DNA of 64,000 bases, from positions 160,001-224,000 of the forward strand of contig CAVQBK010000002.1 in assembly GCA_963710755.1 (NCBI GenBank), written 5' to 3'. The notes under the pieces are model-generated. The model saw only the letters and a list, made by a program, of their open reading frames with translations. It did no database searches and was not told the origin of the DNA. A program made the translations under genes and the position numbers. Below are positions 1 through 9,521 of the stretch, in pieces (position 1 is the first letter of the stretch; every line of letters starts with the position of its first letter). This DNA is from an uncultured bacterium. GTDB lineage: Bacteria; Oederibacteriota; JAAXVQ01; JAUVAV01.

Positions 1-374
1 ATGGCCGCTTCCAGGCTGGCGGCGTTGAGATCCACCATTTTGCTTTGAGCAATTTCCTGAACCATGGCTTTGTTCACGGTGGCAATGGTTTGCCGTCCCG
101 GTGTTTGACTGGCTTTGGCCAAGCCAGCTGCACGTTTTAGCAAAACTGAGGCCGGCGGTGTTTTACAGATGAAGGAAAAGGTCCGATCCTGATAAACCGT
201 AATCACCACCGGAATAATCAAGCCTTCCTGGTTTTGCGTTTGAGCATTGAAGGCTTTACAAAATTCCATAATGTTAACGCCTGCTTGTCCAAGCGCCGGT
301 CCTACCGGAGGCGCTGGATTGGCTTTTCCTGCCGGCACTTGTAATTTAACTGTGGTTTTAACTTGCTTTGCCAT
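1..374 (-). CDS. rplK: 50S ribosomal protein L11 (3' end runs off window)
   Basis: Manual translation from ATG at 374: [44 protein letters not shown]...; GAGGAG RBS upstream; follows nusG. Confidence 0.97.
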   Translation of the reverse strand, partial: MAKQVKTTVKLQVPAGKANPAPPVGPALGQAGVNIMEFCKAFNAQTQNQEGLIIPVVITVYQDRTFSFICKTPPASVLLKRAAGLAKASQTPGRQTIATVNKAMVQEIAQSKMVDLNAASLEAA

Positions 375-554
375 AGACTTAAGTCTCCTCTTAATACGTC
401 CTCGCGAATTCCCCGCATTTCAACACGGGGACGAAGCGAAAATAAAAATAATGATTTTTTCCTTTATCGTATCAAAATACCCGGCAATTCATTGTGGGGT
501 ATTTTATTGCGTTTACCGTTTTTTCAAGGGCAAGGCGCCCCTGCCGCAGGCGTG

Positions 555-1088
555 CTATTCTTTCTCCACCTGCACGAATTCCAACTCCACTGGTGTCGGC
601 CGGCCAAAGATGGAGACCATCACTTTTAATTTACCCCGTTCCAGATTGACCTCTTCCACCACCCCAGTAAAATTGGTAAAGGGCCCGTCAATAACTTTGA
701 CTTTTTCGCCGTGCTCAAACAACACTTTGGGTTTGGGCTTGGACTTGCGCGCCCCTGAAACCTGGCCCAAAATGCCTTGGATCTCTTCATCGGTTAATGG
801 CGTAGGTGTATTACCTGACCCCACAAATCCCGTAACCTTGGGGGTGTTACGTACCACATACCAGGCTTCATCACTGATATCCATTTCCACCAGCACATAG
901 CCTGGAAAAAATCGTTTGGTGGATATTTTCTTCTTGCCACCGCGGATCTCCGCCACCTCTTCCGAAGGCACCAATACACGGAAGATTTTTTCCTCCATGT
1001 TCATGGATTTTATCCGTTGTTCTAAATTGGTTTTAACCTTATTCTCATTTCCGGAATAGGTATTGATGACATACCATTTGGGAGCCAC
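555..1088 (-). CDS. nusG: transcription termination/antitermination factor NusG
   Basis: [22 protein letters not shown] motif [20 protein letters not shown]. Confidence 0.98.
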   Translation of the reverse strand: MAPKWYVINTYSGNENKVKTNLEQRIKSMNMEEKIFRVLVPSEEVAEIRGGKKKISTKRFFPGYVLVEMDISDEAWYVVRNTPKVTGFVGSGNTPTPLTDEEIQGILGQVSGARKSKPKPKVLFEHGEKVKVIDGPFTNFTGVVEEVNLERGKLKVMVSIFGRPTPVELEFVQVEKE

Positions 1089-1100
1089 ACCGTCACCTCA

Positions 1101-1283
1101 TCAAACTAACAATTTAAAGACAATGGTCAACAAAAAGTCAAAAAGGGCTATAAACAACATGATCACTCCCACCACAATAAACACAACTGTGGTGGATCCT
1201 AAAATTTCCTTACGACCGGGCCACGTTACCCGTTTTAGTTCTGCATAGGATTCACGTAAAAATGTCATTAACGTTTTGAACAC
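1101..1283 (-). CDS. secE: preprotein translocase subunit SecE
   Basis: ELKRVTWP motif plus one TM helix; between tRNA-Trp and nusG. Confidence 0.95.
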   Translation of the reverse strand: MFKTLMTFLRESYAELKRVTWPGRKEILGSTTVVFIVVGVIMLFIALFDFLLTIVFKLLV

Positions 1284-1506
1284 CTTGTTACCTCTTCTTA
1301 GCCATGCCTTTTAATAAAATATCGTCCAGCTAACTTTCCGGTACTTTGTCCTGAACTGTTGAAACGCATTATTTTAAAATGCATTTCCTTCCTAAGGCCA
1401 GCTGCGGATATTTGCATTCACGAAATAACTTTAATCCATTCTTGGCCAGTGCGTCTGTGGGCATACCTACCGCTTGTAACGCGTCCTCATCCCCACAAAG
1501 ATTGGT

Positions 1507-1583
1507 TGGCAGGCCAGGTTGGATTCGAACCAACAACACCCGGTTTTGGAGACCGGTGCTCTAGCCGTTGGAGCTACTGGCCT
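1507..1583 (-). tRNA. tRNA-Trp (CCA)
   Basis: Reverse complement AGGCCAGTAGCTCCAACGGCTAGAGCACCGGTCTCCAAAACCGGGTGTTGTTGGTTCGAATCCAACCTGGCCTGCCA; cloverleaf, encoded CCA end. Confidence 0.96.
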
Positions 1584-1678
1584 GTATCAATCAGCATCAG
1601 CAAGCCACCATCCCTGGGCCTGACAACACAAGGCCTGGCCCAGCGCATAGCCGGTGCCAAGCCTTGTGTCTGACTTGG

Positions 1679-1828
1679 TTATTTGGTTTCTTTATGCAGC
1701 GTATGTTTACCGCAAGCACGACAGAATTTTTTTAGCTGTAGCTTGTCCGGTGTTTTACGCTTGTCTTTTCTGGTCACATAATTCCGCCGCTTGCAATCGG
1801 AACATCCTAAATAAATAATTTCACGCAT
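1679..1828 (-). CDS. rpmG: 50S ribosomal protein L33 (Zn-binding form), not in ORF track
   Basis: Manual translation [49 protein letters not shown] (49 aa). Confidence 0.96.
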   Translation of the reverse strand: MREIIYLGCSDCKRRNYVTRKDKRKTPDKLQLKKFCRACGKHTLHKETK

Positions 1829-1852
1829 CTGCTTAACCTCGGTTCACGCTGA

Positions 1853-3055
1853 CTATTCAATAATTTCGGAAATAACACCGGCACCGACCGTATGCCCGCC
1901 TTCGCGAATAGCAAAGCGCAGCTCTTTTTCCATTGCGATCGGGGTGATCAATTCCACTTCCATGCTCACATTGTCACCAGGCATCACCATTTCCACACCT
2001 GCCGGCAACTTGATCGAGCCGGTCACATCGGTTGTCCGGAAATAAAACTGCGGACGATAGTTGTTGAAAAACGGCGTGTGACGACCGCCTTCCTCTTTCT
2101 TCAGTACGTACACTTCCCCTTTGAACTTCCGGTGCGGTGTGATCGTTCCCGGTTGGGCAATGACCTGCCCGCGTTCGATTTCTTCCTTATCCACCCCGCG
2201 CAGCAGCACGCCTATATTGTCACCTGCCTGGGCTTCGTCCAACAGCTTGCGGAACATTTCCACGCCCGTGACCACGCTCTTTTTCGTATCCGTGATCCCA
2301 ACGATTTCCACGTTGTCCCCGACTTTCACCTTGCCCCGTTCCACGCGACCCGTGGCCACCGTGCCACGGCCGGTGATCGAGAATACGTCTTCCACCGCCA
2401 TCAAGAACGGCTTGTCCACATCGCGCACCGGCGTCGGGATATACTCATCCACCGCATCCACCAATTTCTGGATCGGCTCCCATTCCGGACCTTCAAACAC
2501 GCCGGTCAGACCTTTTTCCATGGCTTTCAACGCGCTGCCACGGATAATCGGCGTTTCGTCTCCGTCGAATTCGTACTTGTTCAGCAGTTCCCGAACTTCC
2601 ATTTCCACCAAATCCAACAATTCCGGATCATCCACCTGGTCGGTCTTGTTCATGAACACCACGATACGGGGTACGCCCACCTGACGGGCCAGCAGGATGT
2701 GTTCCCGCGTCTGTGGCATCGGTCCATCCGAGGCTGATACCAACAGAATCGCGCCGTCCATCTGCGCTGCTCCGGTAATCATGTTTTTAATATAGTCCGC
2801 GTGACCAGGGCAGTCCACGTGCGCATAATGCCGCTTCTCGGTCTCGTATTCCACGTGCGCTGTGTTGATCGTTATACCACGCGCCTTTTCTTCCGGCGCA
2901 TTGTCGATTTCATCATACTTCTTTACCGACGCCCCGCCCTTGCTCGACAAGTACATCGTGATTGTCGCCGTCAATGTCGTCTTGCCATGGTCTACGTGCC
3001 CGATGGTTCCGATATTAACGTGCGGTTTTGTACGTTCAAATTTTTCTTTTGCCAT
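1853..3055 (-). CDS. tuf: elongation factor Tu (tRNA-linked copy)
   Basis: [18 protein letters not shown] motifs; 400 aa. Confidence 0.99.
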   Translation of the reverse strand: MAKEKFERTKPHVNIGTIGHVDHGKTTLTATITMYLSSKGGASVKKYDEIDNAPEEKARGITINTAHVEYETEKRHYAHVDCPGHADYIKNMITGAAQMDGAILLVSASDGPMPQTREHILLARQVGVPRIVVFMNKTDQVDDPELLDLVEMEVRELLNKYEFDGDETPIIRGSALKAMEKGLTGVFEGPEWEPIQKLVDAVDEYIPTPVRDVDKPFLMAVEDVFSITGRGTVATGRVERGKVKVGDNVEIVGITDTKKSVVTGVEMFRKLLDEAQAGDNIGVLLRGVDKEEIERGQVIAQPGTITPHRKFKGEVYVLKKEEGGRHTPFFNNYRPQFYFRTTDVTGSIKLPAGVEMVMPGDNVSMEVELITPIAMEKELRFAIREGGHTVGAGVISEIIE

Positions 3056-3147
3056 CTTTTTTTCCCCCTGTTAGTCTCTCGGCGTTATCCAAAACGCCAC
3101 AACTATATGGACCATTGCCGCTGGTCTGCGAGCGGTTATTGATATCG

Positions 3148-3223
<76 letters not shown>

Positions 3224-3369
3224 GTAACAATTGCCATTTGGTCACCGTGCAACACAAAAAAACCGGAGTTCCGCCAAGCATTGCAGGATGGTGCCAGTGC
3301 AAAGGGCCGGAAATGCAAGAACTGTGGGTGGTCCCCCGGGCTCAGCCCGGAAGCTCTACAGAGGCTAAG

Positions 3370-3398
3370 AAAATAACAAAACACCTAACCAATGTCAA
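3370..3398 (-). promoter_or_regulatory. putative sigma70 promoter for tRNA-Thr-tuf
   Basis: TTGACA-17 nt-TATTTT with TG extension on minus strand. Confidence 0.5.
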
Positions 3399-3500
3399 TG
3401 CTTTTTTCTTAAATAGAAAAAGTTTTTATTGGTTTGGTCCTTTGGATTTAGCCTTAGGACGACTTGGTAAAGGGCTTCCCAATTTTAAGACCGTTCGATT

Positions 3501-4589
3501 TTATTTCATCGCCAGAGGATCATAGGATGGTAAAAAGGACAATGAAAAAGACAGCCGATGGGTCAGCCCCAATTCGCCGTAAGGCACAAAAGCATAATCC
3601 AATTGGTATCGCAGCAATTGGGAAGTTACGGTAATGCCGAATCCTGTTGTCAGACCAGCCAGCGCATCTAGGTCTTTGATGGCTGAACCGACTTTGTACC
3701 CCAGACGAACCGCCACTTGCGCATAGTTTGTTTGATGGGCAAATTCACCGCCAAAAGAAACACTGATGTTGTTGTCATTGGGGATGGTGATATCAGCGGC
3801 CAAAGTGCCCTTGCCCATAGCCGTGAATAAATCCTGGGCAACGTATCCCACACCAACCTTCAAATTGATGGGCAGGGTTTTATCCGTGGTTAAGCCCAAA
3901 TTTTGGGCCACCAGACCGAGCCGCCAACCCTGGTCCCGCACAGCATGCTCCATCACTTGCGCCAGTGTCAAGGTGGAAGCCGAGGTGACAGCGGTTGATT
4001 TTATTTCCTGGGTCTCTTTCCATAACAGGGCTAAATCGACGGCTCCTCCAAAAATAGCCACATCCTGCAAGCTTTCCGTCACCAAGCGCAGATTGGCGCC
4101 CACCAAGACATTTTTCAAGAACTCATCGGTTAGTGGGACCAAATGAGATAATTTTTGACTATAACCGCCAACCAGGGCAAAACTGACTGGCGAAATTTGG
4201 GCGCCTTCACCCGCGTAGGCACCGGTGGAGGTTTCCAATGTTTCCGTAACCGGGCCGCTGTGAAAAATAGTCAGCCCACCGGCCACGGTGCCCAAGCGAT
4301 CCAAAGGCATGCCAAAAGCCAGGTACTCTGCTCCCAGATCCTGGAACCAAAAGGTATGGGCAAAATTGGCGGTCGGTGATTCCAATTGCACCAGTCCCGC
4401 AGGATTCCAATTCAAAGCATCCAACCCATCCCCTAGGGATACATAGGTGTCGGCCATGGCAATGGCGCGCACACCTTGGCCGGCTTTAAGAAAATTGGAG
4501 CTGGTACTGCCGGGACCTTCGGCCAGCAACACCCCATTCAAAAAGATGAAGACCAAGCCGCAAATTATTAGTTTAAGTTGCCTGTTCAT
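3501..4589 (-). CDS. PorV/PorQ-family (FadL-like) outer-membrane beta-barrel protein
   Basis: Signal peptide; FLKAGQGVRAIAMA...ALNWNPAGL N-terminal signature; C-terminal LDYAFVPYGELGLTHRLSFSLSF. Confidence 0.8.
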   Translation of the reverse strand: MNRQLKLIICGLVFIFLNGVLLAEGPGSTSSNFLKAGQGVRAIAMADTYVSLGDGLDALNWNPAGLVQLESPTANFAHTFWFQDLGAEYLAFGMPLDRLGTVAGGLTIFHSGPVTETLETSTGAYAGEGAQISPVSFALVGGYSQKLSHLVPLTDEFLKNVLVGANLRLVTESLQDVAIFGGAVDLALLWKETQEIKSTAVTSASTLTLAQVMEHAVRDQGWRLGLVAQNLGLTTDKTLPINLKVGVGYVAQDLFTAMGKGTLAADITIPNDNNISVSFGGEFAHQTNYAQVAVRLGYKVGSAIKDLDALAGLTTGFGITVTSQLLRYQLDYAFVPYGELGLTHRLSFSLSFLPSYDPLAMK

Positions 4590-4804
4590 ATAACCCCTTA
4601 CCCTCCCTCAATTAAAGCCTTGCCTGTCCGGCAGCAGCCTGAGTAATGAGTCCGTGTTCAATCTAAGTAATTATGAAAAGCAGGACTCGGCCGACAATCA
4701 ATCCGATAGTCTTGCTGGTCCCATCCGTTAATCCGTCAGCAATGTGTCTGAACGTCTAGCTTAACGGTTATTTTTTTATTCGTCACCTTTTTTTTCAAGA
4801 AATG

Positions 4805-5689
4805 TTATTTGCGCCATTGGCGCCAGCGGCGATGCCCCCAAAACCATTGCTCTGGATATCGCCACACCCATTGCGCCACCTGCTGATTGGTGGACCGCAC
4901 AATATGTTCCAAACGCTCTTCATAAGAGCCCGTTGCGGGTACCTCCAGGGCTGGTTCTAAGACCACACGCAACGTGTTTTTTGGTTCGCGATAACAAAAG
5001 GCAGGAACCAGCGCTGCCTGGCTTTTTAAAACCATGTTGCCTGCCCCCAAACTGGACCTAGCCGGTTGTCCCATAAAGTCCACCAGCACCCCACCGCTTT
5101 CCACCTGGTCAATAAGCACGCCTAGCACGCCCTGTTTCTTAAGGTGGGCGTAAGCATGGTAGGCACATAAATGGCGGGGATTGTCGGCAATGGCTTGAAG
5201 GCCAATACGCCCCAGCAACCAATCGTACAGGTCTGCCACCCATGGTTGGGAAGGCCGTCGGTATAAAAACTTGACATGATGCTGGCGGCTTAAAGCTGCG
5301 GCCAGCACATAAAAATTGCCCAGATGCCCGGAGAATATAACCGCGCCATGGCCTGCGCCTAAGGCTTGCGCCAAATGCTGCTGGCCATCCAACTGGACGA
5401 GCCGATCCAAGCGGTTGGGGTTGGCGGCCAGGTACAGCAGTTCCATAGCCCCTGCGCCCAAATGCCTGAAATTGTTTGATGCCAGCTGCTGTTGTTGCAA
5501 AGGTGTCAATTGCTGTCCATAAATCAAGGCCAAATTATCCAGGGCCACTTGAGCCCGGCTTTTCATCAAGCGAAATAACCACCCGCCCAGCGCACGGCCC
5601 AAAAGCAGGCACAATCGATGGGGCACCAGTTTCATAATCCCCAACAACCCCATAATCAAGCCTTTAAGCATATAATATCGAATTTTCAT
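4805..5689 (-). CDS. LpxL/HtrB-like lipid A/lysophospholipid acyltransferase
   Basis: N-terminal membrane anchor, GHLGNF motif, LIDQ, VDFMG, C-terminal PEQWFWGHRRW. Confidence 0.85.
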   Translation of the reverse strand: MKIRYYMLKGLIMGLLGIMKLVPHRLCLLLGRALGGWLFRLMKSRAQVALDNLALIYGQQLTPLQQQQLASNNFRHLGAGAMELLYLAANPNRLDRLVQLDGQQHLAQALGAGHGAVIFSGHLGNFYVLAAALSRQHHVKFLYRRPSQPWVADLYDWLLGRIGLQAIADNPRHLCAYHAYAHLKKQGVLGVLIDQVESGGVLVDFMGQPARSSLGAGNMVLKSQAALVPAFCYREPKNTLRVVLEPALEVPATGSYEERLEHIVRSTNQQVAQWVWRYPEQWFWGHRRWRQWRK

Positions 5690-5696
5690 TATCAGC

Positions 5697-6764
5697 TTAA
5701 TCCTTGACCAGCAGGTGAACAGTGGTCAGTCCCCAGGGATCCGTTGCCATGACCAAAAGCCGCTTGCCGGAAAAGGACTGGGAGCGTTCGCGATGATCAT
5801 AGGGGCTGTCCTGCTTGGGCTGTTGGCCGGGCCAAATGGATGTGGCCAAAATTTGGGTGGCAATCACCGCAGCCATTGTCTCGGCTGCGCCACCCAGTAG
5901 GCCGCACGTACTTTCCACATGGAATACGGGCAGAGAAGACCAATGCTGAAACAGGGTATCTCCCAACATGAAACGATAATCATCCAACCTATGGGTACTG
6001 GTGGACAGAACCACACCATCGATTTGAGGTAGGCTCAATTGGTGACGTTCCAGCAGGGTTAAAATTTTGGTTTCCAGCCCGATGTCAGCCCGATTGGCCT
6101 CGAGTTTACTATAATGAGCGGCATAACCAAGGTACCAGGCCAGTGGTTTTACAGCAGAGTCCGCGGACATTAACAAGGCGGCCGCGCCTTCAGCATTCAC
6201 CAGACCGGAAGCTTTAGTGTCAATTAATTGCTGCTGATAAGATGATAATTCGTCCACCCCAGCTGAAACCATAAGCTGTGCCCGCTTCAACACCAGGGCA
6301 TCAAAGGCTTCACCTAAGGCACCGAATTCTCCCAAGGTATTGTTATACCCTTTGATTTGGCTTTCTATACAGGCATACCCGCTGCAGGCATTGAAGGCAG
6401 TATTAGGATAGTCCATGGGATTAGCCCGACCTGGGCCGGATTTGAAAACACGCATCATGAATTCCATAATACTGTTAAAAATACTGAAATGGGTGCTGGT
6501 GCATATGCCCATGGTTTCCGCGCTGATGGCCGTGGTCTCTCTAAGCCGGTTTACCATTGTTTTGGTACAAAGTGTAAGCAAGCGGGTGACACGGTCCATA
6601 CGGCGCAAACGTTCTTCGGTAATAAGCGCCATTTGCTCCAAAGACTCCAGCACCATGGAAGCAGGATGGTGCCCTTCCAGTACCGCACGCCAGAAAGCGT
6701 CCACGCCCTGGCCCAAGGCATGCAGGACTTCAACCTGAATAATAGCCTTGCGCTCGTGCTTCAT
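5697..6764 (-). CDS. non-catalytic ketosynthase-like subunit (chain-length-factor-like)
   Basis: KS-fold motifs (RRMDR, NPMDYPNT, EGAAAL, GLLGGA) but no TAC cysteine or HGTGT; ATGA overlap with upstream KS. Confidence 0.75.
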   Translation of the reverse strand: MKHERKAIIQVEVLHALGQGVDAFWRAVLEGHHPASMVLESLEQMALITEERLRRMDRVTRLLTLCTKTMVNRLRETTAISAETMGICTSTHFSIFNSIMEFMMRVFKSGPGRANPMDYPNTAFNACSGYACIESQIKGYNNTLGEFGALGEAFDALVLKRAQLMVSAGVDELSSYQQQLIDTKASGLVNAEGAAALLMSADSAVKPLAWYLGYAAHYSKLEANRADIGLETKILTLLERHQLSLPQIDGVVLSTSTHRLDDYRFMLGDTLFQHWSSLPVFHVESTCGLLGGAAETMAAVIATQILATSIWPGQQPKQDSPYDHRERSQSFSGKRLLVMATDPWGLTTVHLLVKD

Positions 6765-7975
6765 TCCCCCTCCTTCTTAAGCAGGTCAGGATGGCCAAAG
6801 ATCAGGCTGGCATCATTACCCCCAAAACCAAAAGAATTGGAAAGCACCACCTTCACTAAGGAAGGTCGGGCTTGATAGGGAACATAATCCAAATCACAAT
6901 CGCTATCTCCCGGCTGGTAATTCAATGTTGGTGGAATGGTTTGGTGAACCAGGGCCAGTACCGAGGCCACAGCTTCCAGGGCGCCGGCAGCACCCATACA
7001 ATGACCAATGGCGGCTTTGATGGACGAGATCGGCAGGGTTTTGGCCGTCTCCCCAAAAACGGTTTTAATGGCCAGCGTTTCCATCTTATCATTCTGAGTG
7101 GTACCCGTACCGTGAGCATTAATATAATCGATGGCATTGGGCTGCAGACCGGCATCCCTTAATGCAGCTTGCATGGCCCGAGCCGCACCCTTTCCTTCCG
7201 GTTCAGGTGAGGTTATATGGTAAGCATCTTCCGACAAGCCCGACCCCAACAAGAGGGCCAAAGGCACAGCCCCTCTTTGCTGCGCATGGGCCGCGCTTTC
7301 CAATATCAAAATCCCCGCACCTTCGCCTATGATCAGGCCTTCCCGACCTTTGGAAAAAGGGCTGCATTGAGTGGCCGCTGCGGAACGAATGGCATTAAAC
7401 CCGGAAAAGGTAATTTGATTAAAAGCTTCCGCCCCACCGGCTACCATGACGTCGGCATGCCCCAAACGGATCAAATCAGCCGCACGGCTGATGGCCGCAG
7501 CTGAGGCTGCGCAGGCAATACCAGAAGTCACTACCGGACCGTTAAGCGCCCATTGAGAGGCCAAAAACCGGGAAAGGCTGGTCATAAGGAAATGAGGATA
7601 AAACGGGGCAACGGCAATATCTTTATGTTGATGGACCTGAGCTTGGACGCCCCATTCTACACTGTTCAAGCCTGCCAATAAAGATCCCAAGGCCACACCG
7701 GTGCGTTGAGGATTAATGCTTAATTTGGCCTGGGCCAGCGCTTCCCCAGCCGCTTGGGCAACCAGGTTAAAGACACGGTCCGCATGATTCTGAATTGGCA
7801 GAGGTTCCTTGACTTCGCAGCCAAGATGGGTCCGCCAGGCTGTGCTGTCAAAAGCCTGAATGGGCGCGGCCGCAGATTGCCCGGCCACCAAAGCTTCCCA
7901 AAAACTGGCGGTATCGTGACCCAACCCATTGATGGCCCCCACTCCGGTAATGACCACAGGTGCATTAGTAGACAT
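6761..7975 (-). CDS. beta-ketoacyl-ACP synthase (FabF/KS-alpha-like)
   Basis: Intact Cys-His-His triad: IACAAS, NAHGTGT, GHCMGAAG; SNSFGFGG. Confidence 0.92.
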   Translation of the reverse strand: MSTNAPVVITGVGAINGLGHDTASFWEALVAGQSAAAPIQAFDSTAWRTHLGCEVKEPLPIQNHADRVFNLVAQAAGEALAQAKLSINPQRTGVALGSLLAGLNSVEWGVQAQVHQHKDIAVAPFYPHFLMTSLSRFLASQWALNGPVVTSGIACAASAAAISRAADLIRLGHADVMVAGGAEAFNQITFSGFNAIRSAAATQCSPFSKGREGLIIGEGAGILILESAAHAQQRGAVPLALLLGSGLSEDAYHITSPEPEGKGAARAMQAALRDAGLQPNAIDYINAHGTGTTQNDKMETLAIKTVFGETAKTLPISSIKAAIGHCMGAAGALEAVASVLALVHQTIPPTLNYQPGDSDCDLDYVPYQARPSLVKVVLSNSFGFGGNDASLIFGHPDLLKKEGE

Positions 7976-8041
7976 AAGTTCAATCCTTCATATGATTTCA
8001 TTTTTCCCAGAAGCTTGCAGCCAAAGACCGTACCTTTTATT

Positions 8042-8126
8042 GTAACTACTCAGGTCTCTTGCGCATCTAAGCCACCAAAGGTGCGTTATCTACACTCAGT
8101 ATGCGTGAAATAACCTGAGTAGTTAC
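8042..8126. mobile_element. 85-bp MITE-like element
   Basis: Perfect 14-bp terminal inverted repeats GTAACTACTCAGGT (8042-8055) and ACCTGAGTAGTTAC (8113-8126), flanked by 8-bp direct repeat CTTTTATT (8034-8041, 8127-8134). Confidence 0.8.
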
Positions 8127-8230
8127 CTTTTATTTAGTTCCTGCTGTGGAAAGGACTTTTTTACAAAACAACTTACTGGTGTTGCAGCAAGAACTATTTA
8201 AATAAAATGAGCCGTCCGCACAGTAGGTCC

Positions 8231-8482
8231 TTAGCTCTTTTTACTTTCCACAAAAGCAGCAATATCCGCCACAGAATTCAGTTGTTGCACTTCATTATCA
8301 GCAATACTGAGATCAAATTTTTCTTCAATGGCCGTGACCAGGGTTAGAATATCCACCGAATCCAGGCCCAATCCGCCACCAAACAGATTATCTTGATCGG
8401 CAATGCTCTCCGGCGCCCGGTTCAATTTGAGTTCTTCCACAATCATTTTTTTGATGGTCATGGCCAGCGATTCTGTCATCAT
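8231..8482 (-). CDS. acyl carrier protein
   Basis: 83 aa, acidic, LFGGGLGLDSVD phosphopantetheine-site motif. Confidence 0.92.
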   Translation of the reverse strand: MMTESLAMTIKKMIVEELKLNRAPESIADQDNLFGGGLGLDSVDILTLVTAIEEKFDLSIADNEVQQLNSVADIAAFVESKKS

Positions 8483-8733
8483 GGGTTGCCTCCGCGCAAT
8501 GGCTTCAATTTGTTATGATGATATTGGGACGATGCATTGAAACCAGAATAAACCTCCAGCCCCAGGAGGCTGGAAAATAAATGATAACTATAAAACAGTC
8601 GGAACCGGACGTCAACTAACGAATCAGGCCCAGCTGGTGATGACATCGGATTCCTGAGGCTAACGAACGCCAAAGACCTGGCCATGGACAAATGATCTCA
8701 TACAGGAACAAGGAAGGCATTTAGAAGTCACAT

Positions 8734-8808
8734 TGGAGCGGGGGACGGGGATCGAACCCGCGACGTTCAGCTTGGAAGGCTGACATTCTACCACTGAATT
8801 ACCCCCGC
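8734..8808 (-). tRNA. tRNA-Gly (TCC)
   Basis: Reverse complement GCGGGGGTAATTCAGTGGTAGAATGTCAGCCTTCCAAGCTGAACGTCGCGGGTTCGATCCCCGTCCCCCGCTCCA. Confidence 0.96.
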
Positions 8809-8869
8809 CAGGCGAGTCGGTAAACTAGAGAGCCTGTAATAAAACAAGCGCCCGCAACCCCTAAATTGA

Positions 8870-8956
8870 TGGTGGACAGGGAAGGATTTGAACCTTCGTA
8901 GGGCGTCGCCCGACAGATTTACAGTCTGTTGCCATTGACCGCTCGGCCACCTGTCC
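8870..8956 (-). tRNA. tRNA-Tyr (GTA)
   Basis: Reverse complement GGACAGGTGGCCGAGCGGTCAATGGCAACAGACTGTAAATCTGTCGGGCGACGCCCTACGAAGGTTCAAATCCTTCCCTGTCCACCA; long variable arm. Confidence 0.96.
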
Positions 8957-9092
8957 CCAATGGTTTAAAAGAGCAAATAGTTTATAAAAAAATCATCACC
9001 CTGTAAAGGATTTTCCTTCACTTTAGAGACGATCAGTGTTCCTGCCGGAAGGCCCCCGGCATGAACATCATCACTATAAGCAGCGATGGGAA

Positions 9093-9168
9093 TGGAGCCA
9101 CCAGTCGGAATCGAACCAACGACCATCCGCTTACAAGGCGGGCGCTCTACCAACTGAGCTATGGTGGC
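9093..9168 (-). tRNA. tRNA-Thr (TGT)
   Basis: Reverse complement GCCACCATAGCTCAGTTGGTAGAGCGCCCGCCTTGTAAGCGGATGGTCGTTGGTTCGATTCCGACTGGTGGCTCCA. Confidence 0.96.
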
Positions 9169-9521
9169 TCGGGCCGGGTAATTATATACACCAAAACAGT
9201 CATTATTGCAATCCTGATCTCGGGTCCTAAGCAGGTGTGAGCTGGATTGAAAAGGAGGAGCACAAAATCTATCGCCAACACCCATTGCCAAGCATGGGTT
9301 TAACAACGGCACAACCCTTGGTTCTGGTGAAGAGCATGACTGTTCGGCCTATAAAACAGGTTTACAGCTTGGTCACCTCAGATTAAGTTTACATTGATTT
9401 TTTCAGTATTTCACGCGACAATAAATCAACCTTCATCACCTTGGTGCCTTATAAACGTCTTACCTTCTTCATCATGGTCGTGGTCAAGCGGCTTGCGCAT
9501 ACTAACGTTGGAGTATTTTAG

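Noticed and set aside
1892-2737. 281-aa plus-strand ORF (and its twin at 29755-30600)
   Set aside because: Antisense shadow of tuf; duplicated only because tuf is duplicated
8555-8574. Hairpin TCCAGCC...GGCTGGA after tRNA-Gly as terminator or riboswitch
   Set aside because: Short stem without a clear adjacent U-tract; no aptamer consensus recognised
3224-8733. Active integrative element at tRNA-Gly
   Set aside because: No integrase and no duplicated tRNA 3' end (att) found by eye
8965-9312. 115-aa ORF (also 1359-1673 and 9036-9230)
   Set aside because: Overlap tRNA genes; translations of tRNA sequence
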